DNA of 64,000 bases from a virus: positions 1 to 64,000 of IMG/VR virus record IMGVR_UViG_3300020452_000254. The stretch is one strand, 5' to 3'. Positions 9,139-20,376 of the stretch are shown in pieces (positions within the stretch are counted from its first letter, which is position 1; the number at the start of each line of letters is the position of its first letter). The notes under the pieces were generated by a model. The model was not told where the DNA came from, did not search any database, and was given only the letters and a program-made list of their open reading frames with translations. The translations under genes and the position numbers were made by a program.

Positions 9139-10590
9139 TTAATAACTACCACCATCTATTGCAGAGATTGAAACTGCACCAGATGAAACTGTGAAGTTTG
9201 AACTTGCAAAACTTGCTATACCTTTATTAGAGGTTGTTGCATCTTCACCAGAAAGAGTAATACTTCCATTTGCATTGGTGACATCCATACCTTCACCAGC
9301 AGTTAATGTTGCAAGAACCATGTCTCCATTTCCACCATGACCAATTAATAATTGACCAGCAGTTGGGGCAGAACCATCAACACTTGTGATTGAACCAGCA
9401 AGGTCTAATCCACCAATGTCAAGGTTACCCTTTGTTCCAGAAATAACACCAGAAGAATCTGTTGCATCTGGGATAAATGTAAATTTACCTGTACTATCAT
9501 CGAAACCAAAGAAACCTAATTTTGCAGCTGAACCATTATGCCATCTAAACTCCATACCTCTATCAAGGTTATCATCAGAGCCTGGGGCAGAGTCTCCACC
9601 AACTGTGAAGATTGGGTCATCAACTGTGACTGTTGTACTATTAACTTGTGTTTGTGTACCATTAACTGTTAAGTTACCTGTAACTGTAAGGTTGTTTCCT
9701 ACTGTTACATTATTTGGTAGTCCAACTGTAAGTGTTTGACCACTTGCAGAAGTCTCAATCTCATTTGCTGTACCAGCAATTGTAAATGATTGAGAATCTA
9801 AATCTGTTGCACCTGTTCCAGAGTCACCAGCAAAATCTAAATCTTGTGCTGTAACATTGGAATCTACATAGTCTTTAACTGCAGCTGATGTAGGTAATGT
9901 TGTATCGTTATCATTAGACCCAATCCCTTCGGATTCAGTTACTAACAATGCAGCTGCAAGTGAGACTGCACCACTGGATACACTAAAGTGTGAACTGTTA
10001 AATGATGCAACACCCTTATTGGATGTAGATGCATCTTCACCAGCAATCAATATTTGGTTATTAGATACTGTTGTATCAATACCCTCTCCACCAGCAAAAG
10101 TTAAAGTTTCACCAGTATTGAATGTATCATTAGAACCAGAATCTGCAGCTATTGATAATGAACTTGTGACTGTTCCAAAACTTAAAGCTCCAGAACCATC
10201 TGTTTTAAGGAATTGACCATTTGTACCATCTGCACTTGGAAGTGTATATGTTACATCTGATGCAATCGTGTTTGCAGCTTTAATAGCAGTAAAGTTTGTT
10301 CCATTATCGGAATCTTCATATAGTTTTAAACTACCACCAGTCGAGTTTCCATTCCCTACTTTGAAATCTGCTGGTGTTGGTGTTGAACCATCTAAGATAT
10401 CTGTATAATATTTACCACCTAATTTTTGTATTACTGCACTACCACCACTGTTCTGAGACTCTACATAAAGAATTGCACCAGCACCACTATTCGATGCATC
10501 CATTGAATAGGCTAGTTCTCCTTGTGCAAGTTCAGATGTAGTAGGGGCAGAAACACCTGTGCTTCTTTTAATCTGAATTACTGTTGACAT
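9139..10590 (-). CDS. tail fibre-like structural protein (Mtd-N-like N-terminus)
   Basis: IQIKRS...ELAQGELAY start; NKGVASF modules; ends IDGGSY. Confidence 0.75.
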   Translation of the reverse strand: MSTVIQIKRSTGVSAPTTSELAQGELAYSMDASNSGAGAILYVESQNSGGSAVIQKLGGKYYTDILDGSTPTPADFKVGNGNSTGGSLKLYEDSDNGTNFTAIKAANTIASDVTYTLPSADGTNGQFLKTDGSGALSFGTVTSSLSIAADSGSNDTFNTGETLTFAGGEGIDTTVSNNQILIAGEDASTSNKGVASFNSSHFSVSSGAVSLAAALLVTESEGIGSNDNDTTLPTSAAVKDYVDSNVTAQDLDFAGDSGTGATDLDSQSFTIAGTANEIETSASGQTLTVGLPNNVTVGNNLTVTGNLTVNGTQTQVNSTTVTVDDPIFTVGGDSAPGSDDNLDRGMEFRWHNGSAAKLGFFGFDDSTGKFTFIPDATDSSGVISGTKGNLDIGGLDLAGSITSVDGSAPTAGQLLIGHGGNGDMVLATLTAGEGMDVTNANGSITLSGEDATTSNKGIASFASSNFTVSSGAVSISAIDGGSY

Positions 10591-10612
10591 TATTTTCTCC
10601 TAATATAATTCT

Positions 10613-10825
10613 TTAGTAAGTCCCACCATCTATAGTATTGGCAGCTTCAAACTTACTTGTACTTGCATCATATATAAGGGTAGTCCCACTTTGAAGTGTT
10701 ACAGTAGTTGTATCTACATTTGACAAATCGTTCATTTGTACAGTAGATGCATCCATCTTACCAACAGTTACCTGTTTAACTTGTTTGTTGGTAGGGTTAG
10801 CAACTTGAACTTTTATAGTTGACAT
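10613..10825 (-). CDS. small virion structural protein
   Basis: 70 aa; LIYDASTSKF and an IDGGTY end shared with the neighbouring fibre gene. Confidence 0.6.
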   Translation of the reverse strand: MSTIKVQVANPTNKQVKQVTVGKMDASTVQMNDLSNVDTTTVTLQSGTTLIYDASTSKFEAANTIDGGTY

Positions 10826-10827
10826 TA

Positions 10828-11163
10828 TTAACTCCTACTTACACTTGGGGTAACAATCAATTGTCCCTCTATCAATCTTGTTTTTAATCCATCACTAGCA
10901 GTCTGAATAATATCATAAACATATCTTCCAGATTCTAATGCAGCTGTTTGGACATCGGTGAGTTTTACTGTTAAGTTCCCACCAGTCCCATCATTGGTTG
11001 TTGTAAATGTAGCCTTAACTGTATTACTTCCATGAGATTTTCTTACTTGTCCCAAAAAAGATGCACTTGTTAAATTAAGTGCATTATCTACAGAATCAGT
11101 AAGGCTCAATGTGATTTCGAAGTCACTGCCTTGGTCTATATATAAGTTACTTACACTTGCCAT
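10828..11163 (-). CDS. virion structural protein (BppU-like)
   Basis: NLYIDQGSDF...GRYVYDI...RLIEGQLIVTP pattern typical of marine T4-like phages. Confidence 0.65.
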   Translation of the reverse strand: MASVSNLYIDQGSDFEITLSLTDSVDNALNLTSASFLGQVRKSHGSNTVKATFTTTNDGTGGNLTVKLTDVQTAALESGRYVYDIIQTASDGLKTRLIEGQLIVTPSVSRS

Positions 11164-11195
11164 AAAAAAACTACCTTTTGATGTTATCTAAGTAG

Positions 11196-11203
11196 TATTT
11201 ATA
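11196..11203 (-). promoter_or_regulatory. late promoter TATAAATA
   Basis: Exact match upstream of the start at 11163. Confidence 0.7.
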
Positions 11204-11207
11204 CGAT

Positions 11208-13676
11208 TTAAGACTTTAAACTTTCTATTTCTGATTTGAGTTCTTTGATTGCTTCGATAAGTAGAGGAACTACTTTATCATAGTGAACACTGTCGTATTG
11301 GTCTTCTATTGCATTTTCAACTACAACTTCTGGAAGAACTGACTTGATTTCTTGTGCAGAAATACCAACTTGCATCATGTCTTCATATTGTGGAGTAATT
11401 TCATTACCCTTTTCGTTTTGTTTAAAATAGAAACCATTTAATGAACATACTTTATCTAATGGATTTTTTATACTACCCAATCTAGTTTTTAATCTATCAT
11501 CTGAGTAGTATGCAGTAATATTACCAGATGACCTAACTTCACCAAATAGAACTGTAGAGTTAGTATTGGTTGCTTGGTTAGAAGTGTATGTTGTAGCACC
11601 AGCTGCAATACCATCTAGTTTATTCTTAAGTGTGGTAGTAAAATTCTTTTGTGTTAATCCACCATCACCTACAGCAATTGCAGATGTATAGTGTGGAGCT
11701 GCAGTATTAGTAGCACCAGCTGCAATACCATCTAGTTTATTTTTAAGAGTAGTTGTAAAGTTTTTCTGTGTCAGTCCACCATCACCTACAGCAATCGCAG
11801 ATGTATAGTGTGGAGCTGCAGTATTAGTAGCATTAGCTGCAATACCATCTAGTTTGGTTTTAAGAGTAGTTGTGAAGTTCTTTTGAGTTAGTCCACCATC
11901 ACCTACAGCAATTGCAGATGTATAATGTGGAGCTGTAGAATTAATTGTAACCACACCTGTTCCATCATTATAAGTTACAGATGTTCCACCACTACCAGAT
12001 AACATTCCACCAACAATATCTTCGATATGTTCGTGAACAATACTTACTACACCACTTGATACTGAGAAGTCTGTTGAATTAAATGATGCAACACCTTTAT
12101 TAGTTGTAGTTGCAAGTTCACCAGCTATTGTTAAAGTTGTTCCAGAGAATGATGTATCAATACCTTCTCCACCAATCCAGTTGATTGTTGTTCCTTCTGG
12201 AACTGTTCCAGCACCAGAATCACCACCAGCACTCCAACCAGAATATGTGTCTACTGTTACAGTACTAGCTGCAGTTAATCTTCCCTGTGCATCAACTGTA
12301 AATGTTGGAATTGCAGTTGTAGAACCATATGAACCTGCTGTTACAGAAGTGTTATCTAAACTTATACTATGTGCAATACCTTCACCAGAAGTTGCACCAC
12401 TTGATGTTAAAGCAGTTCCTGCTGTTAATGTACCAACATAGTTTCCTGTAGTATCTGTTCCAAGTGCAACTGAATTAGCTGCAACTGTAGTTGCAAAAGA
12501 TACATTACCTAAATTTGTAACTGTTCCTGTTCCTGTAACATCTCCTGTTAAAGTAATTGAGAAATCATCTACATCAACATCTAAAGTACCATCTGAGTCA
12601 TCATAAGTTACACTAAGACCATTCTCAGTGTTAGATGTAAACATTGTACCAACAATATCTTCGATTTCTTCTTGAGTTTTACCAGAAGAATTAATTGTAA
12701 GTGTACCAGCTGAATCATTATATGATAATGACATGTTTGTTCCAGCTTGTAATAATGCATTTACTCTGTCATCTACTCTTTCGTTTGTAAAGAATAAATT
12801 TGTATTTTCTGTTAAGTTTGAAGTATTAACAACTCCTGTGACATCTGCTGTTGTTAATGCAACTGCACCAGTTCTACCAAATACACTTGTTACTGGAGCT
12901 CCTGCTTGACTGAATGAAATTACACCAGTTGAATTATTATATGTGATATCTCCACTTGCACTAATTTTTCCTCTGACAGCTGCATCGAATCCAGATATTG
13001 CAGAAGAAGTAATTTGTGAACCATTTACTTTAATAGTTGCACCACTTGTTAAATTTAAATTACCATTTACAAATACTTCTTTTGAAGTTCCACCAGTATT
13101 TAAATAAATGTTTGAACCATCTGATTCTAATTGAATTCCATATCCAGAAGCTGGAGTTGTAACAACACCAGTATCATCTGAGTTAATAACTACACCAGCA
13201 GTAGTGTCATGGTTATATATTGAACCACCACCAGTTTTTGTCCATTGTGTTGTTGCAGCTTCAGTTGCACCAGCAGTTCCTTCATAAGAACCTGTAAAAG
13301 ATGTTATTCTTATAATATCAGAGTTTGCAGCTGAAGATGAAAGAGTAATACTTGTACCATTGGCTGCAGAGTAGTCTGTACCATTTCTAAGTAGTACTCC
13401 ATTCTTAAATACTAGTAATCTATTTACTGAATAGTTTAATGTTTTACTAAAGTTATCTGAACCACTAAATGTTCTATTTGAACTTGAACCATCTGAACCA
13501 TCGTATTCGAAATCTTGAAAAAAGAAATACTGGTCTATGATACTATTGACTGCATCTACAACTGAACCTTTTTGACTTGTTCTAAGTGAACCTATTCCAC
13601 CAACCTCATCTACAAGGTCGTTGTATGCTAGTCTAAATTCTTCTAGGGTTTGATTGTTATTAATACTATTTGACAT
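11208..13676 (-). CDS. tail fibre with C-terminal intramolecular chaperone (peptidase S74-like)
   Basis: YYSDDRLK cleavage motif, GISAQEI and VPLLIEAIKEL coiled-coil end. Confidence 0.8.
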   Translation of the reverse strand: MSNSINNNQTLEEFRLAYNDLVDEVGGIGSLRTSQKGSVVDAVNSIIDQYFFFQDFEYDGSDGSSSNRTFSGSDNFSKTLNYSVNRLLVFKNGVLLRNGTDYSAANGTSITLSSSAANSDIIRITSFTGSYEGTAGATEAATTQWTKTGGGSIYNHDTTAGVVINSDDTGVVTTPASGYGIQLESDGSNIYLNTGGTSKEVFVNGNLNLTSGATIKVNGSQITSSAISGFDAAVRGKISASGDITYNNSTGVISFSQAGAPVTSVFGRTGAVALTTADVTGVVNTSNLTENTNLFFTNERVDDRVNALLQAGTNMSLSYNDSAGTLTINSSGKTQEEIEDIVGTMFTSNTENGLSVTYDDSDGTLDVDVDDFSITLTGDVTGTGTVTNLGNVSFATTVAANSVALGTDTTGNYVGTLTAGTALTSSGATSGEGIAHSISLDNTSVTAGSYGSTTAIPTFTVDAQGRLTAASTVTVDTYSGWSAGGDSGAGTVPEGTTINWIGGEGIDTSFSGTTLTIAGELATTTNKGVASFNSTDFSVSSGVVSIVHEHIEDIVGGMLSGSGGTSVTYNDGTGVVTINSTAPHYTSAIAVGDGGLTQKNFTTTLKTKLDGIAANATNTAAPHYTSAIAVGDGGLTQKNFTTTLKNKLDGIAAGATNTAAPHYTSAIAVGDGGLTQKNFTTTLKNKLDGIAAGATTYTSNQATNTNSTVLFGEVRSSGNITAYYSDDRLKTRLGSIKNPLDKVCSLNGFYFKQNEKGNEITPQYEDMMQVGISAQEIKSVLPEVVVENAIEDQYDSVHYDKVVPLLIEAIKELKSEIESLKS
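11590..11935 (-). repeat. 3 x 117-bp (39-aa) tandem repeat in the fibre gene
   Basis: APHYTSAIAVGDGGLTQKNFTTTLKxKLDGIAAxAT x3. Confidence 0.9.
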
Positions 13677-13875
13677 TACACTGTTCCAAAACTTTTGACA
13701 TCATCATTTTTAATTCTGTGACCTCTGATTTTAATTCCTGTATTTCATTATTCTTTACTTGCATTATAGTTCTTCTTTTTTTATATAAAGCATAACCATT
13801 ACTATCAGTATTTATAACAGCTTTACTAAACTCATCTTTAACAAGATGATTATGTCCTTCTACTTTCTTACGCAA
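13666..13875 (-). CDS. conserved small coiled-coil hypothetical protein
   Basis: KVEGHNHLVKD...AVINTD pattern; overlaps both neighbours. Confidence 0.65.
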   Translation of the reverse strand: MRKKVEGHNHLVKDEFSKAVINTDSNGYALYKKRRTIMQVKNNEIQELKSEVTELKMMMSKVLEQCNVK

Positions 13876-16800
13876 GTGCTAATCCTCTAAATGCTCTTAT
13901 GGCACAAGGCATTGTTGTGTCTTTACTTTTCATTACAATCTTAATTGCAAATCCTACAAACTCATCTAAGTTCTCTGCATCATATTCATATGACCTAAAC
14001 TTACTTGAGTCTGCATCTGGAACATTAGTTGTTCCAAATTCTACCCAACCTAATTCTTCTACTGGAAGTGTACTATCTGCTGTAAGTAGTTTGTAATATG
14101 TTTTGATTTCACCATCAGCAGTTCCTGCTGGTTTGTATCCATCAAATATAACTTTTAATTGTGATGCTGGATTTTCTAATTGTATTAGTCTTGTACAATA
14201 TATTGATGCATTGTTATCACCTTCTGGTTCTGTTCCTTCAACAAATCCAGAAGAACCATTTGCAATATCAGTAAGACTACTTACATGGTTAATCCTATTC
14301 ATAATAGTGTTTGCACCAATAGCACCAACATCTACTACTGGTGATACTTTATCAGATGCAGATGTTAAAGAAAGTTCTAATTTAAATGATTTTTTACCAG
14401 ACATCTCACCTGTTTCATTAACTGGAGATGCAACAATACCAGAAGTGGTCATAAAGTTATTATCATTTAAAACGATTGATTGTGATGTACTATTTAATGA
14501 ATAACTATTTGCAGTTGATGTTGCATTTACACCACCAGTACTTGTTTTAAACATGTTTGCAGTTATTAAAGTTTTTGGATATATTACATTTGGTACTAAT
14601 GTGTGAAGTACATCAAAGTACATATTTTCTGATGCAAGAACTGATGTTCCACCAGCCCTAGTACTTTCTGTCGTACCTTTATGCATTGAACCACTTGAAG
14701 AACCTAAATCTAAATTAAATTCATACGAATCCATATCTCTTGTTGGAGACTTACCTGTCCAGTCATGTGTTGCATTAATTTTACTAATTGGTATTCCACC
14801 TAAAGTGTCTTCAATAGATGCAACTGTTATTACACAAAATGTTGTTCCAGCAGAACCACCAACTTGGTCTTGGTCGATTGTAATTGTATCACCAACTCCG
14901 AAATTATTGCCTGGATTATTAATTGTTATGTTTGATATAGTAGTATTATTACTTAATGTGATATCAAATGTTGCACCAACTCCATCGTTATTTGTAGCTC
15001 CAACTTTTCCTGTGTAAGGTGTTCCACTATTATGAACTCCTGTTCCAGTTGGACTTGCAACTGTTACTGATAAAATACCATTTGTTTTATCACCCTCAAC
15101 ACCAGATATGATTACATTAGAATCATCATCATACATACCATGTGATAAATGATGTACTTTAATTCTATCTCTATCTCCAGAGAATACTTCTATTGGATTG
15201 GTTTTTAATTTTTTACTTGGAATTGCTTTATTCTCTAATACAATTGTACCAGTTGATGAGAACTTAGAACGATTGATTTTAAATTTCAAATCTTGCATTT
15301 GTTCTGGAGTCCAAGTAGAACTATTTTGTGATTTAAATAACACACCAGCATATGGTTGTTTATCAATAGGTTCTTTTGTTAATACATCAAAGTCACCCAT
15401 TTGACCTACCCAAGCTAAATATGCATTTGAGTTTGATTCAAGTACAAAACAGTATTCTGTATTTGGGTTTAAATAAACTGGTGATGGGAATGTAAACTTA
15501 GTAGCAACAGATGCATTTGCACTTGTTGTAATCTGACTTGGATACAATGTCTTTTCTGCAAATGGCATAATTTTTTGTGTAGGTGAACCATTTAACATTT
15601 GTCTAATTGAACATGTTACTGGTAATCCACCACCATCTTTTGCACTAAAGAATACTTCTATTGAATTTACAAACACACCTTCTTCATCTTCAACTAAGAA
15701 TGATTGTGCAAGTGGGTCGACCCATCTTGTAGTTGTATTTGTAGTTACTAATTGTCCTGCCCTACTTTCACTTTGGTTTTCTTCAACAAGTCTACCATTT
15801 CTAGTATTTGTAATTTCTGTTTCTTGAGATGTTAATGAACCATCTGCAAAGAAGTTTGTAAATGCAGAAGTAGTTGATAATGCACTATCGACTGTTGCAG
15901 TATCAGTAACTTTTAATGTTCTAATACCAGTTTCAAATCTTAATGTATCGTTATTAGGTATACTAAATGTTGCACTTAATTTACCTTGATTATCTGAAAC
16001 TAATTGTGTTCCTTTTGCAGTTGCACCACCTACACCATATGAAGAAGATGCTGGAGTACAATGTGCATTTACTTTTATATTATCAAAGAATACATTTAAT
16101 GCAGTATTTGGTTTTAATAATTCACCTGTTATTGTTATATCAATTTCTCTCATGAAATTAATTACAGATATACCAACAATCCTGTCATTTCGTGTTGTTG
16201 TAATGTCTTCTACAACATTAGTTATAACACCTGTTCTTGTTTCTCTTGTAGGAATTGTTCTAGTGATTGTAGTATTAACACCTCTTCTAGCTCTTCCAAC
16301 TCCAAACTCATCTCTAATTCTGTTTCTGAAACCTCTTCCCATGAAACCACCCAAGTCAAAATCTTCTCTACCTAAGTCGTTTCCTTGCATTACTCCATCT
16401 AAAAATTCATCTGTATCTGTTACTACAATAGGTTCTCCAACCCATGTTGTTTGCCAATCATTCCAAACTGTTCCTACTTCAACACCAGCAAGTATTGCAT
16501 CAAAGTTTCCTTCTGCTGAAGTTGTTATACTTGGAAGTTGTTCTAAGTCATGCCAAACATCCTTGTCTGGACTTAGTTCTAGTCTACCTACAAAGTTTGC
16601 AACATCGTATGGATTAACATTTAATTGTTGTGATGCTTTATTAGCATTTATATATTCTACTTCTGTAAATGGTAATGTAATTAGGTCACCACTTTTAGTA
16701 ACTAATGATGATGCACCACTATTATATTCCATATCAAAATAATTAGTTCTATGTGATGGTCTTGCAATACCTTGTTTTTTATCTATTGCAACACCATAGT

Positions 16801-19800
16801 CTGGATGGAATACATCTCCTACTCCATGACCTTTAAATGGGTCGACAACAAAACCAGATTTAAATCTATCAAATCCTTCGTCATCTAAAACCTGTAATGT
16901 TTGTGTCTTTTCTTCTAACATAGTAAGTGAAACTGCTGTTTCTAATTGTGATAATCTTTTTTGAATACCATCAATATCCCTCATGGTATATCTTCTATGT
17001 TGTACTAATTTTGATTTTATATCACCTACATTTGGTGTAAATGCTGGTACTTGTATTTCTGCAATTTCTATTGCATTATCAAGTCTAGGCCCTTTCTTTG
17101 GATTTTCAGATGGGTCTCCACTAACCACTACAAAATCACCTTGTGATGTTAAAAATACTCTGTCAACTCTTGGTAAGTAATGTTCGTAATCTACTTGCAT
17201 GTTACTACCGATTTTTGCAAGGTCTACAGTTGAACCACCATATGTTGTTGATGAAACTCCTTCGAATGTAGTATGTCCATAGTTAAATGGATTTGCACTA
17301 ATACTAGAAACATCTTGTGGAGAACTAACATCGTTATCTGGTGTAGTTGAAAGTAATCTAGATGCAACTGGTCTGTAGTCTATAGAATCTGCAAGTGGGA
17401 AATCACCATCTACATCAAACGATGCACTTGGGTCAAACCTATCTGCAACATAATTTGGTACTTGGTCGATATCTAAATCACTATATGATGCTTGTGTAAA
17501 TGTGTTTCCAGAACCATGTGTAAAATAATCAAACACAATCATAATAGGTGCATTTGGTGCTGGTGCATTTTTCTTTCTAGTTATTTTTGATATACCATAA
17601 TATCCATCTCTTTGACCATCATCAAATAAATAGTTATTTGTAATATCTTTTGAACCTACTGTTAAACCAGCAAGTGTTCCAGACTTTTCAGTTCCATCAT
17701 TAAATGTAATTTCTTCATTGTTTTGGAATTTTACAGAGTTCTTTTTATAATAGAAATAACATATACCACCATCGTTCTCTATAAGAACACCTCTTGCATT
17801 TGAAACACTACCTACAACTTCTGTTCCTTTATCAGACAATGCATTCTGAACAGTTGGTGAAGATGCAGTATATACAAATGATGGTGGGTTAGGTGTAGTT
17901 ACAAAAGTCGCTCCATCACCACTTGGGTTTAATGCATTACCACCCTCAAAAACTCCTCTTATTTTAAGTACATCTGGGACACCTAGTGTTACATCTTGGT
18001 GTGTATATGAATCACCATATAAAGAAGTGTTATTTGCATCTGTAACTGTAACAACAGAACCTTTCTGTAAGGTTTTAGACTTTGCAGTTTGACCTGTTCT
18101 GTCTATTGTTGCAATAATTTTACATGCAGTAGTCGCTGCACCCACATTAATGTTTAATGTAGAAGTTCCAGCACCACTAACTAAACCTGTCCCAGAACCA
18201 GAATTTTTTAATGTAAGTAAAGTACCACCAACTTCAGCAGAAAATCTATCTTCATCATAAGAAGAGAATGTTCCATCGGATATACTTATTTGACAAACAT
18301 TACTTCCAGTAGAGGTTGCTATAAATTGTCTTTTAACTTGTTCACTGTCTTGAGTTATTGTCTTAATACCTGTATTAGGTAATCCAGAAATTGCAACTGT
18401 TTGGTTTGGTTTATAAAATTTTGCTCTTTGTCTTACTATCTGACCATTGAAAGTTGCATTTAAATCATCTACTTCTATAGTATCATTATCTGTTACAACA
18501 TCTACAATTCTTGTATTACCATCTGGTAAAAGAATTTGGTCTCCTTGAATTAGTTCACTGGTAAATTTAGATTGAACACCTGTAATTTCATCATCAGCAC
18601 CATCTGAATTTCCATCACCACCAAATCCAGTACCACTTAATAAGAAGTTGTCATCTAATATAATATCAGCACCAAAGTTTGGTGATAAACCACTACCCCT
18701 TAATTGTGAGGTTCTTTTTATTGCACTTACATCATATGTTCTTATTGCTGATATAGTTTGAGCACCAGTTGCAGTATTATGTTTTCTTAAACTTTCATTA
18801 CTCTGAAATGTTCCTACAATACTATGTACTAAAACAGTTGTTCCAGATGATACTGCAGCTGCAACAATACCTGTTGCACCAGAAGTTGCACCTAATACTT
18901 TTTGACCTTTTGCTAAACTGATTGCAGAACCAACAGTAATTTTTGTAAACATTTGTACATCAAATAAATACAGTTCACTATTTGTTGAATCTGAATCACC
19001 TTCAAATGCTCTTGCTCTTGCATATCCTATATGTTGTCCACTACCAGCAGATGCAGAAGATGAACCTACTGATTTATCATAAAGATTTATTGGGTTGTGT
19101 GGTAGTAGGTTTCCATTAGAACCTATATCTGGTAAACCATATACATTATTAACTTTTAAAAAGTTTCCAATTCTAAATGGAGATTGAACATTTGTTTTTG
19201 ATAATGTTGTTCGTGCTTTATTTAACTCTAAGAATGTAGGTGTTTGTTTATCTACTTCAAATCCTTTAACATATGCTTTACCAGCAGATAATACAGTAAT
19301 GAATTTACTTATGTCTCCTTTAGGAGAATCACTTAGTGTGTATACACCATTGTTTGATAAGTTATTTAAATGTTCTCTAAAACCTAAAGTAAAAGGTTGT
19401 AATGTGTAATCACCAGACTCATCGAATGTTCTTCTTGCAAGAGTTTCTTGTAATCTGTTGTACTCTGTAATTTCTTGTTTCTTTGTAACCTCTCCACCAG
19501 ATAATCTCATTAACTCTATAAAATCTGTTGAGTCTGTTGCAGTTAATGATTTCTTTGCAAGAGTTAATTGTACTTTTAATCTATCAGCACCTGGCGCATT
19601 CTCGTTTGTTGACCCCTGTGCATTGTCTAGTAATGATGTATCTTCTACAGAAGATGTTAATGTTTCTGCAATATCTACACCAACCTTGTAGGATGGTGTG
19701 TTAGAATATTTTTCTAAAATAATTGTCTGTGCAGGCACCTTGACAAACATACCTCTGGTGTATATAATACCTTCGGATATACTTGCAGACGAACCAACCA

Positions 19801-20365
19801 TTGACCCTATATCTGTAGAACCACTTATTGTAATAACTTTAAATTGATTGTTTGAAGCTGTAGAAGTATATCCACCAAGACCATTTGCATCTTGAGATAC
19901 TTCATTTAATGTTTCACCATCTTGGAATTCAGTGTAAAATACAGAACCAACATTACCAGTTCTTTGATATTTAACATGTAATGTTATATTATCAGTTGTT
20001 GTTTTTTGACTTGAATTTACAACCTTACCTACAACACCAGAAGTTAATCCTTGATAAAACTTACCTACAGATGCAGTACGAAAAGATTCTGCCGATGTAA
20101 CACCACTTCCATTTGGATTATTGTCTTCAACTCTTACTCCAAAATATTGGTTATCATAATTGGTTCTTGCACCAAGAATGATTGCACCTTCTTTAAAGAT
20201 GTGTGAACCAAATCTTTCAATTTGATTTTGAAGTATTGTTTGTAATTGTGTTAGTTCCCTAGCCTGTATCGCAGCAGATGGTTTAAACAGAACTCGATGA
20301 AAATTCTTCGAGTCTGCATAATCATCATAATAAGGACTAACATTAAGGTCTGTTTTTTGAGCCAC
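13868..20365 (-). CDS. large virion structural protein (VrlC / DUF4815-like)
   Basis: LNVSPYYDDY...FHRVLFKP...QARELTQLQ start; DRFKSGFVVDPF; DPLAQSF. Confidence 0.85.
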   Translation of the reverse strand: MAQKTDLNVSPYYDDYADSKNFHRVLFKPSAAIQARELTQLQTILQNQIERFGSHIFKEGAIILGARTNYDNQYFGVRVEDNNPNGSGVTSAESFRTASVGKFYQGLTSGVVGKVVNSSQKTTTDNITLHVKYQRTGNVGSVFYTEFQDGETLNEVSQDANGLGGYTSTASNNQFKVITISGSTDIGSMVGSSASISEGIIYTRGMFVKVPAQTIILEKYSNTPSYKVGVDIAETLTSSVEDTSLLDNAQGSTNENAPGADRLKVQLTLAKKSLTATDSTDFIELMRLSGGEVTKKQEITEYNRLQETLARRTFDESGDYTLQPFTLGFREHLNNLSNNGVYTLSDSPKGDISKFITVLSAGKAYVKGFEVDKQTPTFLELNKARTTLSKTNVQSPFRIGNFLKVNNVYGLPDIGSNGNLLPHNPINLYDKSVGSSSASAGSGQHIGYARARAFEGDSDSTNSELYLFDVQMFTKITVGSAISLAKGQKVLGATSGATGIVAAAVSSGTTVLVHSIVGTFQSNESLRKHNTATGAQTISAIRTYDVSAIKRTSQLRGSGLSPNFGADIILDDNFLLSGTGFGGDGNSDGADDEITGVQSKFTSELIQGDQILLPDGNTRIVDVVTDNDTIEVDDLNATFNGQIVRQRAKFYKPNQTVAISGLPNTGIKTITQDSEQVKRQFIATSTGSNVCQISISDGTFSSYDEDRFSAEVGGTLLTLKNSGSGTGLVSGAGTSTLNINVGAATTACKIIATIDRTGQTAKSKTLQKGSVVTVTDANNTSLYGDSYTHQDVTLGVPDVLKIRGVFEGGNALNPSGDGATFVTTPNPPSFVYTASSPTVQNALSDKGTEVVGSVSNARGVLIENDGGICYFYYKKNSVKFQNNEEITFNDGTEKSGTLAGLTVGSKDITNNYLFDDGQRDGYYGISKITRKKNAPAPNAPIMIVFDYFTHGSGNTFTQASYSDLDIDQVPNYVADRFDPSASFDVDGDFPLADSIDYRPVASRLLSTTPDNDVSSPQDVSSISANPFNYGHTTFEGVSSTTYGGSTVDLAKIGSNMQVDYEHYLPRVDRVFLTSQGDFVVVSGDPSENPKKGPRLDNAIEIAEIQVPAFTPNVGDIKSKLVQHRRYTMRDIDGIQKRLSQLETAVSLTMLEEKTQTLQVLDDEGFDRFKSGFVVDPFKGHGVGDVFHPDYGVAIDKKQGIARPSHRTNYFDMEYNSGASSLVTKSGDLITLPFTEVEYINANKASQQLNVNPYDVANFVGRLELSPDKDVWHDLEQLPSITTSAEGNFDAILAGVEVGTVWNDWQTTWVGEPIVVTDTDEFLDGVMQGNDLGREDFDLGGFMGRGFRNRIRDEFGVGRARRGVNTTITRTIPTRETRTGVITNVVEDITTTRNDRIVGISVINFMREIDITITGELLKPNTALNVFFDNIKVNAHCTPASSSYGVGGATAKGTQLVSDNQGKLSATFSIPNNDTLRFETGIRTLKVTDTATVDSALSTTSAFTNFFADGSLTSQETEITNTRNGRLVEENQSESRAGQLVTTNTTTRWVDPLAQSFLVEDEEGVFVNSIEVFFSAKDGGGLPVTCSIRQMLNGSPTQKIMPFAEKTLYPSQITTSANASVATKFTFPSPVYLNPNTEYCFVLESNSNAYLAWVGQMGDFDVLTKEPIDKQPYAGVLFKSQNSSTWTPEQMQDLKFKINRSKFSSTGTIVLENKAIPSKKLKTNPIEVFSGDRDRIKVHHLSHGMYDDDSNVIISGVEGDKTNGILSVTVASPTGTGVHNSGTPYTGKVGATNNDGVGATFDITLSNNTTISNITINNPGNNFGVGDTITIDQDQVGGSAGTTFCVITVASIEDTLGGIPISKINATHDWTGKSPTRDMDSYEFNLDLGSSSGSMHKGTTESTRAGGTSVLASENMYFDVLHTLVPNVIYPKTLITANMFKTSTGGVNATSTANSYSLNSTSQSIVLNDNNFMTTSGIVASPVNETGEMSGKKSFKLELSLTSASDKVSPVVDVGAIGANTIMNRINHVSSLTDIANGSSGFVEGTEPEGDNNASIYCTRLIQLENPASQLKVIFDGYKPAGTADGEIKTYYKLLTADSTLPVEELGWVEFGTTNVPDADSSKFRSYEYDAENLDEFVGFAIKIVMKSKDTTMPCAIRAFRGLALA

Positions 20366-20376
20366 TGTTAGTTATC

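Noticed and set aside
7376-10590. Diversity-generating retroelement suggested by Mtd-N-like domains
   Set aside because: No reverse transcriptase and no TR/VR pair differing at adenines in the window
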